Below are positions 35,362 to 46,586 of a DNA stretch of 46,586 bases, piece by piece. The position numbers and the translations under genes are program-made. Location of the stretch: the NCBI GenBank assembly GCA_000934665.2, contig JYFJ02003077.1, positions 1 to 46,586 on the forward strand, written 5' to 3'. Under the pieces are notes generated by a model. It was not told the DNA's origin. It was given only the letters and a program-made list of their open reading frames with translations, and did no database searches. Every line of letters starts with the position of its first letter. Position 1 is the first letter of the stretch. This DNA is from Catajapyx aquilonaris. Taxonomy: Eukaryota.

Positions 35362-38300
35362 TGTACGCACTATAGAATAGTTGGATGTATTTAGTACATG
35401 CTCGTCATTGATTTCAGTGAAAAAGTTGGTTATGATTCCAATTTGGTCCTCCCTCAAGCTGTGACAATCAGGGATACAGTGTAGTCAAATTAGCGTGGAA
35501 CAATTCCATGCATGGGATTACAGGGCACTGTAAAACAATTGTCATTTTTGCTAACTTTTTTTTACTGATTCAATCCACGCGGTCTCGCTTTGCCTGTGGA
35601 ACTTTCGTAATTAGAGAGGCTGTTCCACAAAATATCTGACATCTCTATCATAAGCCTGTTCCAGGATGCAATTGCGCATGCCCTTCACGCTGATTAGAGC
35701 GCCGTGCGACGGCAAAAATTTCCTACTAATAGGATGTCCCCTTCCTCGCTTGCAGAAGCAGAGACTCGGAATCTTGGCATAGTTGGAACTCTCCGGCAGT
35801 TCCGGGGGTATTTGTGCACAAGAAGCTTATGACCGCACTATATAGAAGGAGAAATCCTTTGTCTCTGAGCCAAACATAATCAGAGAAATAGAGTCTGGAA
35901 AAACCTGGCTGGGGGAGAGAGAGAGATTCAGTTCAAAGTGAATGTAAAGGAGGTTCTGAGATTGGGGTGGTTCGATGAATCCGGGGGTGTTTCAAGGGAA
36001 GGGAATTCCCTGGCGAGAAGGAATGAGGAGGCAAAGAGAGAAGAGTTTGCGGGAAGACTAATTCCCCAGGCGGCGTGGCCACAATCCCATCAGCACGCGC
36101 AGCCAGAAGGAATGCAACCAAGGCGGATGGGAAGAGGGCCACTTTTCCACCCTTCCTCAGGAAAGACCCGGAGAAAAGAAGGAGGAAAAAAAGTTTTCAA
36201 TTGGGAGGGGGGGCAGGGGGGGGGGGTTGAAATGAAGGCCCGTATTCGGCAGAATCCGTGCACAAGTTGCGCGGGCCCAAAGTCCATTCCTCGGGGACCA
36301 GCTGCCCTGGCTGTGCTCTTTCCGCTTAATTTCCCAACAGAGCATGAGCATCCTGGGCCTCTTTTTTTCGTTGTGCTTTCCACCCCCTGAAGGAAGACAA
36401 GAAGTAAGCTAGAATGCTCGTTTTTTTTTAGAGGCGGAAAAAAAGTGGGCGAGTAGTGCGGTGGGTACTGCCAAGCCCAGAAGACCTATTAATTTCACGC
36501 CTTCGTTCCAGTGGAGGTTGGTCATGCTGGTGCTGACCGGTCGTCAGAGTAGGATGTCTTTTGTTGGGGGAATTTACTGGGGTGGTATGTCAGTGGGAAT
36601 TAAGTGGGAAGTCGAGGCAAATACAATTAATGGTCGCAGGAGTGGCCATGCATGCATGTGGGCATGTTGAAAGTTTATCCTAGCAGTATACAACCCCCAT
36701 AGCTGCGGCTGTTTCTTAGAGAGATCCAGGATTTTATACTGCGGGTATGGTCGAAGTTTATGCATTTTTGGCACATGTTTTGGCAATTATCGGGAGGGAT
36801 TTGGATTCATAATCCACCCTCTGGATGCGGTGTAGTGGTATAGACTAAGCTCATCCTGGGCGGGCGAAAGTGTGTGAGCGGGCGGTGACCAGGGATCGTA
36901 TAAAGAGTGGCATTAAGGGAGCGCTATCGGAAAGCTTTTAACATTTTTACAGTAGAGGGGGACAGGAGAGTTTTATGCCAGGTCACTCTGCTGATTAACG
37001 TGTTCATTTACATGGCTTATTTCATTGTCGCGCGTCGAGTTGATTTGGCAGCCCCCCCCCCCCCCGAACTCAAGGTCGCCCTGGTGTGTACTGTACGAAG
37101 TACGATCGTAATCTCTATGCAATGCAATACTACGGAATAATACATGTAGCTAGATAAGAACACATGGGTGGGTATCCTGGCTTCTAGGCAACCGGCCCGC
37201 TTGAATTGTGCGCTTGGTTTCGGATAACCCAGGATACTTCGATCACTCTTTAACAGTTTAACATATCCTATCTGCATAAAGAACATGCGAATAACCTTTC
37301 GAAATTACCAGTACACTGTATTATTCCCCGTTAAGTACTGGACTTGAGTTTTATCAACCCAGATAGTACGATTAATCTTGCTATTGTAGAACATCTCTGT
37401 GAAGATCTGAAAATCTTCCTTTTAGTTCAGGGATTGCAACCATATACATCACAGCGACAACATATCATTAACGGATTTATTCAACCTCAAATTTTATGTT
37501 ATAAAACCATGCTAAATTAGAATAACCTCTGGTGACAATATCAAAATACAATTATTATGATTTAATGAAAAGTCACAAATCCTGTCAAAGGGATTATTAG
37601 TGTTAGGGAGTTATGAAAGTAAAGCCGTTTAATGGCATCAGTGTTATTTTATTAGGAGATATAGCGTGTTAATGCTGCGGCGTTTGATCCAAACGTAAGT
37701 GACTGACAAATAAACAACTCTAGGGAAATCTGCATTATATATCGCACACACCCTGCAGTTTTGGTTCACATTAAATCCAGTCCCATTTACAATATTAATT
37801 TTATGACCACATAATTCATGCTACAATACAGCTTGTAAGGCGTTACATTCTCTACTATAATGAGATGTTTTTTTTTAAAAAAAGAAGTAGCCTATTCGAA
37901 TAAAATACGGAGCAGCAGTTACAGTATTTGCATGAAAGTGCAATTAAGGAGGGGACGTCAACACACACACACAAACGTCTTGGCCCCCAAAAGTTATTGC
38001 ACTAAAAACTCCCCGCAATTTACACTCGCCTGGGTAATCAAAGAAATTCCGGGATACACCGCCATAAATTTTAGGTGCTCATCGTTCTCCTAAAAAAAAA
38101 AACCAAACCAAGTGTAACCATCGCAAAAGCTTTGCTTAAATGTCCCGGGCCCTATTAAAGCAGCACTTTTTGCTGTGCTGTAAAAGTGTTTTACACTCCA
38201 AGTGGGAGGTCGCAACACGGCCACTATAATTTTACGGACTGCACTGTTGGAAAACTCACATGACCTGCGAGTGTTGGAGAGAGGCGACGGTTCATTTAGC

Positions 38301-40608
38301 AAGCTTGCCTGTGCTGAAGCTTGACTTGTGTAAATAGTTACCCCGCGGCTGCAGTTTATGGTATTGCGAGTGAAATATGAGAGGCAAAGTGACAGTCGCT
38401 GAGCGAGATTAAACATGTAAATCCTGGCAGTTAGAGCTTATAAAGACAATATATAGGCATTATCTGTTAGGAATTGACGCAGAAATGGGGAATTTACACA
38501 CGGTTAACTTATCCTCAGAACATGTCGGCTGGTTCCTATTTTAATTACAAACAGGGGGCCCATCTATTTTGCCAGGCCAGGTTTTCATCAGAAATTAATT
38601 AAATAATTAGTGGTTGCAATTTAGAAGTAGAGGCCTCCTCAGAGTGTGTCGTCTCTTGAATTAAGCCACAGCAAACACTTACTTATCCCTGGAGAAATTT
38701 CTCTTTCTGAGCACTTTTGGAATTCATTCCACAGCCTCTCTCTTGATGTATGTATCAGCTATGCGAGACCCTTTTTTTGCGCGATTTTTTCACTTCATTT
38801 TGACAAGGAAAGCTACTTTACAGACCCTCTTTTTTTTTCCACCCCAACATTTTATCCGGTGCTATTCCAACCAGTGCGTAATCAAATCTGCCATGCAGCA
38901 ATGAACTTAGCTTTTACGTGTACGAGACGGATATTAATATTTGGAAAATCCGGAGCAGATGGGAACTGACATGTTTGGGTTTATCTTCGAAGGTTTTTGG
39001 GGGGGATGATGAATATGCATCGGGTGTGAAATACTGGAGCAATGGAGCTGGTGAAGCGTTTCTTTATGTACTGTACGTATATATGGTAGGAGTGGCCCGA
39101 TGTAAGATTTTTTTCAGGTGTCTTTAATTCCAATTTTTTAAAAATCCAGTGGGATGAATATTATTTTTGATTTATGAGCTCGTTATGCAGTGGGAATTTA
39201 CTAGCAGTGGTTTAATTATTATTGTTAGAATTTTACTATCCGTACTACATACATGATGGGGGTTCCTTCCTGTGCTAGGATGCATCCTGCATGTGAATTT
39301 GGAACAGTATGGGGTTTTGAAATGCATTGATTTTGACAGTGGTNCCCCCCGGATGTCATCTCTGTGGCTTTGTTTTGCTCTCTGGCATGCACTGCTTGTG
39401 TCTGATAATGGGTTTGTTTTCCCCACGGCTTTTCCCATAAAAATGTGCCGAATGTTTTCCTGGTCGGTGTCAGTTCTCCGAAAATTAACCGTCACTGTCT
39501 ACATACAAAATGGCTCCAAGTATTGGAAATTTTGTGCGTGTTTTGACGAATATTAAGTGTGGCGTATATACAAAAAAAATATTGGAAGCGTTTTGCATCC
39601 GAATTTGGCGAATAGCAGGTGCCTAATGTGCTTTTTTTTCTGAGCTCATCTTTATAGGGAAGAGGGGAAAAAATATTTTCAGAAGAAAATACTTTTTTCG
39701 TAGCTGAAGGAGGCAATAAGGATGCTTAGATGGATGAGAGCCACGGGGATTAAAAAAAGAAATTTACATCCATCATCAAGAAAGGAATTAGCCCCGCACC
39801 ACCGACGTGGCTTTCTTCCCCTATAGTGTATTGATTATGAATTCAGAGGCGGTGGAAGTTGAGGAAAAAAAAAACCGTTTCGTGGAATTCCAGTGGGCTG
39901 GTCTATCGATCCTGCTGTCTTTTGTATAAACAGCCGGATTTTTTTTTTCCGTTCAAAATATTGTGCAAGTTTTCCAAGTATTGGACTCTTGTGGGATAGG
40001 AAAAAGTTTATATCACATTATTTGGTGCAATTGATGACACCGTTCGTATAAATCATGAGTGGACATTGTACGTACCTGCTTGGCATAAATTATGGTGGCC
40101 ATTTTGAAGAGAGAGTTATTTGGGCAAAGTGGTTCTGACCTGTATTATGTGCGAACCATGGGGGCTCGTAAATCTTTTTTCCGGACCAAAGAAAAAAGCG
40201 GTTATGACAATGGCGGGTGTAGCTTTTTTCCATGAAGCATTGACGCCTGGGTTGATTTTTTTTTGCGCTTTTAATTCAGGGGGCCCCCTTGAAGAAGTGA
40301 TGGATTGGAACTTATTTTAAGAGACGAAACCCTCCGACCTGGGTGCAGGTTGTGACCTTCGGAGGTTGAAACGTTGAGTGGAGGGGGGTTTATTTTTCAA
40401 GCTTTCCACGGGTGTGATGGAAACCACTCATGTTTCGAAGGCAAGCTGCTTGAAACTTGCAGAATTTCTAAGAGTTGAGAGTATATAGGGTTGTGTGGAA
40501 TATAATTATGTAAGAGTACGAGAAGCCAAAATAATTTGGTGAGAATTTTTAGTAGGGCACCTGTGAGATATTAAGTCAGAAACTTAACCAATTGTTTTCT
40601 CTTTACAG

Positions 40609-40651
40609 GAAGAATGTGGGGCTCATAGTTCATACCATTCACTCAGATTTG
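40609..40651 (+). other. Candidate 43-nt internal exon of the plus-strand gene
   Basis: Branch-like CTTAAC (~40583), strong acceptor TTGTTTTCTCTTTACAG and strong donor TTG|GTAAGT at 40652. Confidence 0.65.
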
Positions 40652-43600
40652 GTAAGTACTTTTCATACACCATTTGCCACCATGTCACTTTTATAGTACA
40701 GTAGTGCGAGGCCAGGACGGAATGATTTGTACCCTCTGGGCTCTCCGAAAGTGTTCTGCGGAGTCACGACTTAATTTCAAAGCCGAACCTCTGCGCCCTA
40801 TGCGTGGAAATAAGCAATGCTACGGCACGCTCCTTATTTATTTCCGCCGTACCGACTGCAAGTCCAGTGACCCTACGGAATGAGCTGTCGAGTATGAGAT
40901 TTAGTGCGTACCGCAGGGCTGTTTCCAACATTTCTTTGCGGCGAGCTACGCCATGGAATTAATGCGATACTGGGCTTGAAGGAGTGATGCTGTTGAAATT
41001 TTTAACTTGGAGCTGTGTTGCAACACTGCAACATTTTCGACACTTGAATTACTATCATTATCAAACCCATACGGCAGTTGTGGATTGATTGCCTCCAAAT
41101 AATACACGAATATGAATTATGGCTATTTTAATCCGGCTTTGCACCGTACTGATATATTTATTGCACCAGCTCACTCCATTCTGGAGAGCGGAGGCATGTC
41201 ATATGCACGAACCACTCACAAGTTTGCCTTGTTAACGGCTGCTGTTAATTGGAAAGCAACCCAATCCTCCTGTATGATGTATCGTACAATTAAGTCTAAA
41301 AACAAGAGCATCCGCCTCCCATCCCCTTGAGTGTGTCTCCAAGCGGTATATTAAATCCTGATGGCAGTTTTGCCTGGACAATAAGAATGTGATAAGAGGG
41401 AAAAGCAGGCTAATCTGTGGACAATGCCTTATTTCGGAGGCGCCGCATCCATATACCAGGGAAGGGTAGGATTATGCCCATATTCGAGTTTGAGCTTCAC
41501 GTGAGCCGTCCACTATGGGGCTTCACAATGCCATGCCCCGGTAATTAGATTGCAGGGGTGGTAAATAATTAACCGGTCCACCCCCCTTTTGTGCAAGTAT
41601 GGCCCCCCCGGTTTTTAGTGGAGTTGTTGTCCTTTTTTTTGTATGGCACATGTTTTTCTATGTGGTTATTGAGTCAATGAGTGTGAGGGCAGGCTCATAA
41701 TAAGGAATTTTGCAGTTTGGTGCGTTGTTAGTTTACATTGTGGACTACTGCGCAGGATAGTTGAAAAGGATATGGAGTAGCCAGCAGCAACCTGTTGGAA
41801 GCAGTTTTGAAGGAGTAAACAATCTGTTACTACTTAGTTAGAGTACTGTAGCCCTGTTTCGGCCAGCTGTACGAAACCCTGTATACTTCGGAATATATGC
41901 AAATGACTGTATTGTGTTGATTCCGGCGCGGATGAGTGAGTGGGTGAGGGAGTTTCCATCCTTCTGCTCAAGTTAGCAAATGCTGTCAACAACAGGCAGC
42001 TATGGAAACCAGCATGGCTGCAGGATGATAAAAACAATCAACATGGTATAGAAACTTATCAGGAAGCTCCCAATGAAATTGAAATCAAGAACTATAGGCG
42101 ATTTAAGGAAGTTACAAGTTCTGGGGGGAAGGGGTCAAGCGTCCTTTTTAGGGCTTGAAAGGGGCAGACTGATATTCAAATGAGCAGTTTTGGCTCGGGT
42201 GAGAGTAGATTGAATCTGCGCGCCTTCCTTTGGGCCCCCGCTGGGTTTTCCGACCTTACTTTTGCAGCAGCCTCGTAGCAGCAAGAGTCGTTTGAGGCGG
42301 GAAAGGTCTCGTACAAACTGCTTTAATTAGTCACCAGAGGAATAGAGGAGGTGCTAATTGCTCTTCTCTCGCGCATGGCTGAGCTCTTTTGAACGCCCCC
42401 CCCCCCCTCTTCTCTTTTCTTCTGCTGCATTGTCCAATCACATCACCCAAACTGAATTATACAAGATTGAGTACTTGGAGCTTCAACTGCATTTTATATT
42501 CAAAGGAAGGGTTATAACATTGTTGTTTCGGTTGTACAATACGGCGATTTTGAAGCGTGATGTCGAGTTCAGTCTTTGGGAGAACTTTTTAGGCTTCTGT
42601 ATATACATGAGCCTTTAATGAAAGGAGCCATATTTAATAATTCCATTAAGATCGCAAAGATGCCAACGACTTGAGTTACAAAGCGCTCAACAATCAATCA
42701 AAATGTGTCATGGAAAGTTTGGAAGTAGGTTGAAACTTGCTGATGCCGAGGGCCAGTGAGGCAGTAAAACGAATTTTCATAATGGCAGCGTGTGTGGACG
42801 TAAGTTAATTCTCTAGCGCACTGAACTTGTGTGTATACATTTGATGCTGATTCATGTCTGGAGCAGGCTGCTAAACCGCCACAGGAATTTGTTTGGAGTA
42901 AATTGCGTAAGAGCGTTCCCGATCCCATTACTTTCTGCGGTTTACGACCGTTTTATGAATAGTTCCAAAAACATCAACACTGGACCCTGTTATGCTTGCG
43001 TTTACGCGGCACTAAAAGGTGTGTATTCTCATCACCGAATAACTAAGGGGGGGTTCTCACGGTGAGATGAGTTAATGGCGGCCTTTTCGATCAGAGAGTC
43101 CTACACAGTTTGGGAACCGCATGAGGCGCATACTACTATAGAAATAATTGTATGAAAATGCCTACAAAGCGTCCTATAATTTTGAGAAAATTATTGGAAT
43201 ATGGGATTTCTCTGGATGGCTCTCTGGAACATGTTCATAAAAATTATCGTAGTATCTTTCAAAAAAAAGAGGACTCTAATTAAGAACCAGCATGTGTCGC
43301 TGAAAGTTGGGTCGTAGACTAAAGGCAAGGTAATGCTTCCCTGGAGAGTCGGATGTGTTCAAGATCCACCATATATACAGAGAGGGGGTCTTTCTTTAAC
43401 TGCAGGTTCAAGTACTCGAAACACGTCGGGGGATAGAGTTTTTTGAGGCTTTGAAGGAGAGTGGTGTGCAGTGCTGACTTGGCTCCCTGGAGGTAGGGGG
43501 TGAGTCTACTACACTGGAAATTGCCCTGATGGCTTATGACATTTAACTGGCTCACCGGAGACAAAGACTCACTTGCCCCCTCCCAGACCATTTCCAGCCT

Positions 43601-45656
43601 TTTTGGACAAAGAGCGGACCTTTCCAGGGGAGGTTTTGTTTCAGGTCAAAAAAAAAGTTGAGGTTCCCGGAAACTACTACTGTCCTTGAAATTTTGTGAT
43701 TTCCGGAGTTCATATTTTCGGAGTAACCGAGTTGGGCGAGTGCCAGGGGTTCGTGGTTCCATTCTAGAAGTTGGCCCTTTCTTCAGAGAATACCTAATGT
43801 ACTGTGAGTGTAGAATGGGCGTACGTATATAGTACGACTTGGGCAGGAAGACTTGCGCCAACATTCCTTATCGTAAGTAAAAGGCAAATTTAAATAAGAT
43901 TATTATCTACACTAAATAAGGAAATAGGTTTTTGGTGAAAATTCTGTAGCATCAAACTGCACAATGTCTTAATTAATTCTCAACAACAGTAATGAAGAAA
44001 TGTCATTGTACAATGTTTCTGCAGTATAGTAGCACATAAATTTTTAAAGGTGAACCCCACATAATCACGCAGAGTAAATTCGGCAAGCAATCAGTCACAC
44101 AACATTAGTGACGTTTCGACTTGTTTGAGGCGTGTATTTTCGTTGTTGAACCAAACCCGTGGACCATCATAATCCAATGTACCGTATATAATTATTTAAT
44201 TGATGTAATAAGCTACTAATGTCCGCTGGAGTTTGGTATTCATTAGCACTGACGTCCAATTACATGCACCTAATACCCCACATGATGCGCAGATTTGTGG
44301 CCCATTACGAATAGCTCGTAACATATATAGGCCTGCACAAATGTTTGAAAGATGGGGGCAGGTTTTGTGGAATTTGTTTGTTTCCGGACAGTACCAACGG
44401 CAAAACTTTTTCCCTCATTTTGGGAAAGTTAAGCAGACGTCGTCATAATCCGAATGGATTAGCTATCGTTTACATTGCTTAATTCGAACTGGTAATGCAG
44501 AGTGATAACTGGTGGACAGGTCTGGGCGAAATGGGAACATTGTGAATGATGATTTTGCATATTTTTTGGGGGGGTTGTGAAGTGCGTTAATGATGCGCTG
44601 GTTTGTGTACGGGTAGGGACGTTAATTTACAATGAAGCTTGGTCATCGCAATGTTTGGCAGGTAAGCTGGGAGCTCCACCGATCCTCTTCGGGCCAACAT
44701 AATTATGAAGTACCAAAAAAACACGATGAACACACACTTGTAGCTGAGGGAATTCTGCGAAAACTGTGGACCGAATGGAAGCATGTAAATAATGGGAGGC
44801 CATGACCCCACAGTGCGCCTTGGGGCATTTTTGAAATGGAGAATGCGCATTACAGTGTATACCATTAATTAACAAAAAACAAAAGCGACAGAGCTGTATG
44901 CAGTTTTTTTTTTCATATTCACCTTTTTGACGGCAAAAGCATTTTTTTGGACTGAATTGTGCATTGCCATATCGAGTTCTCTGAAAGCTAACAATGAGGG
45001 GAGTAATTACTGGGCAATTTTTGCAGCACATTTGTTTCAAATCATTGCACATGCTATGTACGCGTGTAATTTTCATTGCGCTTGTCAGGTTGAATAAGGA
45101 AGCTTGTACTGTGCGTGGTGTAACATGACCACATAAGCTCACGAAGGGTGTTATTCTGTGGTTTTCCTTGGGGCATATATAGGAACAGGGGGGTCAAAAC
45201 TGGTTCTACCACCTAGAACCGACTCGCTGGAATAGTTTGTCTTGTGCGCGGGTCCTTGACTCGGTAACGAGATTCTACAAGAGTTATAGAAGTTGGTTCT
45301 TGGCACGAGGAAGTGCCCTGGCGACGTTGTAATTTCCTAAGGAGAAACATAATTACGCATGTGCAACACTGGAGCGTATACAAGCAGGTACACAATGCAA
45401 CGCTAATCACGCTTACGGAATCACCATTCACGGCAAATGGTAATTGCAACGCCAAGTATAGAGATTTACTTCCGATCTGTTAGACGAGTAAAAGTAAAAG
45501 TGCACTGAAAGAACAAGTAAAACTTTTGAAGTCGATACAATCTATAATATTAAAATCCTCCGTTGTATGACCGACACTTCCGATTGGCCCCCGTTCTGCG
45601 CCTGCGCAATGGGGGAGGCAGCGCCTCTGGTGGATGAGAGGAGGTAGTATATTTTT

Positions 45657-45777
45657 CAAGGGGTTAACCACTTCGGTACTCCGGTGTACATCTGATGTGG
45701 TACTCCCAGGTACTCCTTGGTACTCCTTGAATTTGGTACTCCGGTGTACACTTTACAGTCGAGTGGGTAACCCCTTG
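45657..45777. mobile_element. ~120 bp MITE-like element with TIRs and internal GGTACTCC repeats
   Basis: CAAGGGGTTAACCACT / AGTGGGTAACCCCTTG inverted repeat (15/16 match). Five GGTACTCC copies at 45675, 45699, 45709, 45719 and 45735. Confidence 0.65.
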
Positions 45778-46450
45778 GTATTTTTTATTTTTAAAAAACT
45801 TGCTTCTGATGTTCTTTTGCACAAATGCAACGAATTGGAACTAAACGCTCCTGGCTAGGTTATAAATGTTTGAAGAGGGCAATTAAATTGGAGCAGTCAT
45901 GTGAGAACGGGCCATTCTTTGGATGAGGGTAATTATTTTTGAAGTTGAAGTGTATCGCACAGAAGGATGGGTGCATGTTGTAATCGGCATCATTTACTCT
46001 GTACGAGTTAAAATCACTGGAGGCTTCGGTTAGTCCGCTCGAAATGTGTTACTTTGATCAACAGGAGTTCATTGAGCCACGCCGATTTCAAATTATTGCT
46101 TGATTAGTAAAAGGCCTGCCGATGGTTTCACTTGACATTATCACAAAAACTAATTCCCTACGGAATTGTAAAAAAAAGGAAAGTAAGATCCAAGTAACGG
46201 ATAGAAATGACTGAAACAAGACTGGGCTGCGTAAGATCTTCAACCTTATGGATAAATGTAACCCAGAGATCTTACTTCCGCATTTTCCACAGTAATTAGA
46301 TTTGTATCATGGTGATGATCAAAGCGTCTTTGTCCATCAGCCATCCTAATGCTAATAAGCCAATCTGTGGACCATTAAACATTCAAGCTACTCAGTAAAT
46401 CGATGAACAAATTAATTAATTCAAGGATTATATTTATCATTTATCCTTAT

Positions 46451-46550
46451 TAAATATAGTATATTATATGACATATTATATATTATATTACATTATATAT
46501 TATATAATATAATATAATATTATTATATTATTATATGTGAATTATTATAA
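46451..46550. repeat. AT-rich low-complexity (ATATT)n/(AATAT)n tract
   Basis: Almost pure A/T pentamer-like repeats whose orientation switches, making the tract self-complementary. Confidence 0.8.
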
Positions 46551-46586
46551 TGTGAAACATTTAACTTTCCAGCCACTCAGCTAATC

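Noticed and set aside
21071..36010. Scattered kappaB-like sites (21071, 27296, 32675, perfect GGGAATTCCC at 36001)
   Set aside because: Not clustered, and the sequence is generally rich in GGAA/TTCC, so chance cannot be excluded.
2563..45858. All ORF-track ORFs outside SCOC (e.g. 8350-8835, 34613-35116, 35938-36390, 44627-45142)
   Set aside because: No recognisable domains, and many have homopolymer-derived F/K/G/P runs or non-ATG starts. Their lengths are as expected by chance. No transposase or reverse transcriptase motifs were seen.
1..46586. CRISPR arrays, rRNA, intact tRNA or prokaryotic-type systems
   Set aside because: No regularly spaced repeat-spacer array, rRNA-like sequence or cloverleaf was seen. 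The sequence is intron-containing animal DNA.

Overview
Eukaryotic, most likely arthropod, draft-genome sequence: it has spliceosomal introns, TTAGG-type repeats and a few Ns. The only protein-coding gene I can support is a complete five-coding-exon short coiled-coil protein gene (SCOC/UNC-69 family, 150 aa) on the minus strand at 772-2279. Its exons join in frame through GT-AG introns. Just upstream (~2380-2570) is a compact, probably bidirectional promoter. The remaining ~44 kb has no recognisable coding sequence and looks like the very large 5' introns or regulatory landscape of a divergent plus-strand gene. Candidate small exons for that gene end at 2848, 4983, 18800, 21916 and 40651. The region also holds several MITE-like elements, a ~230 bp foldback palindrome, a mixed TTAGG/TTAGGG repeat block, many long G/C tracts, transcription-factor motif clusters and a CpG-rich chain of eight closely spaced hairpins at ~11 kb. 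I cannot demonstrate a new biological system from sequence alone. The best leads are the identity of the divergent gene (Mastermind synteny hypothesis), the 11 kb hairpin chain, the candidate microexons and the mixed telomeric block.
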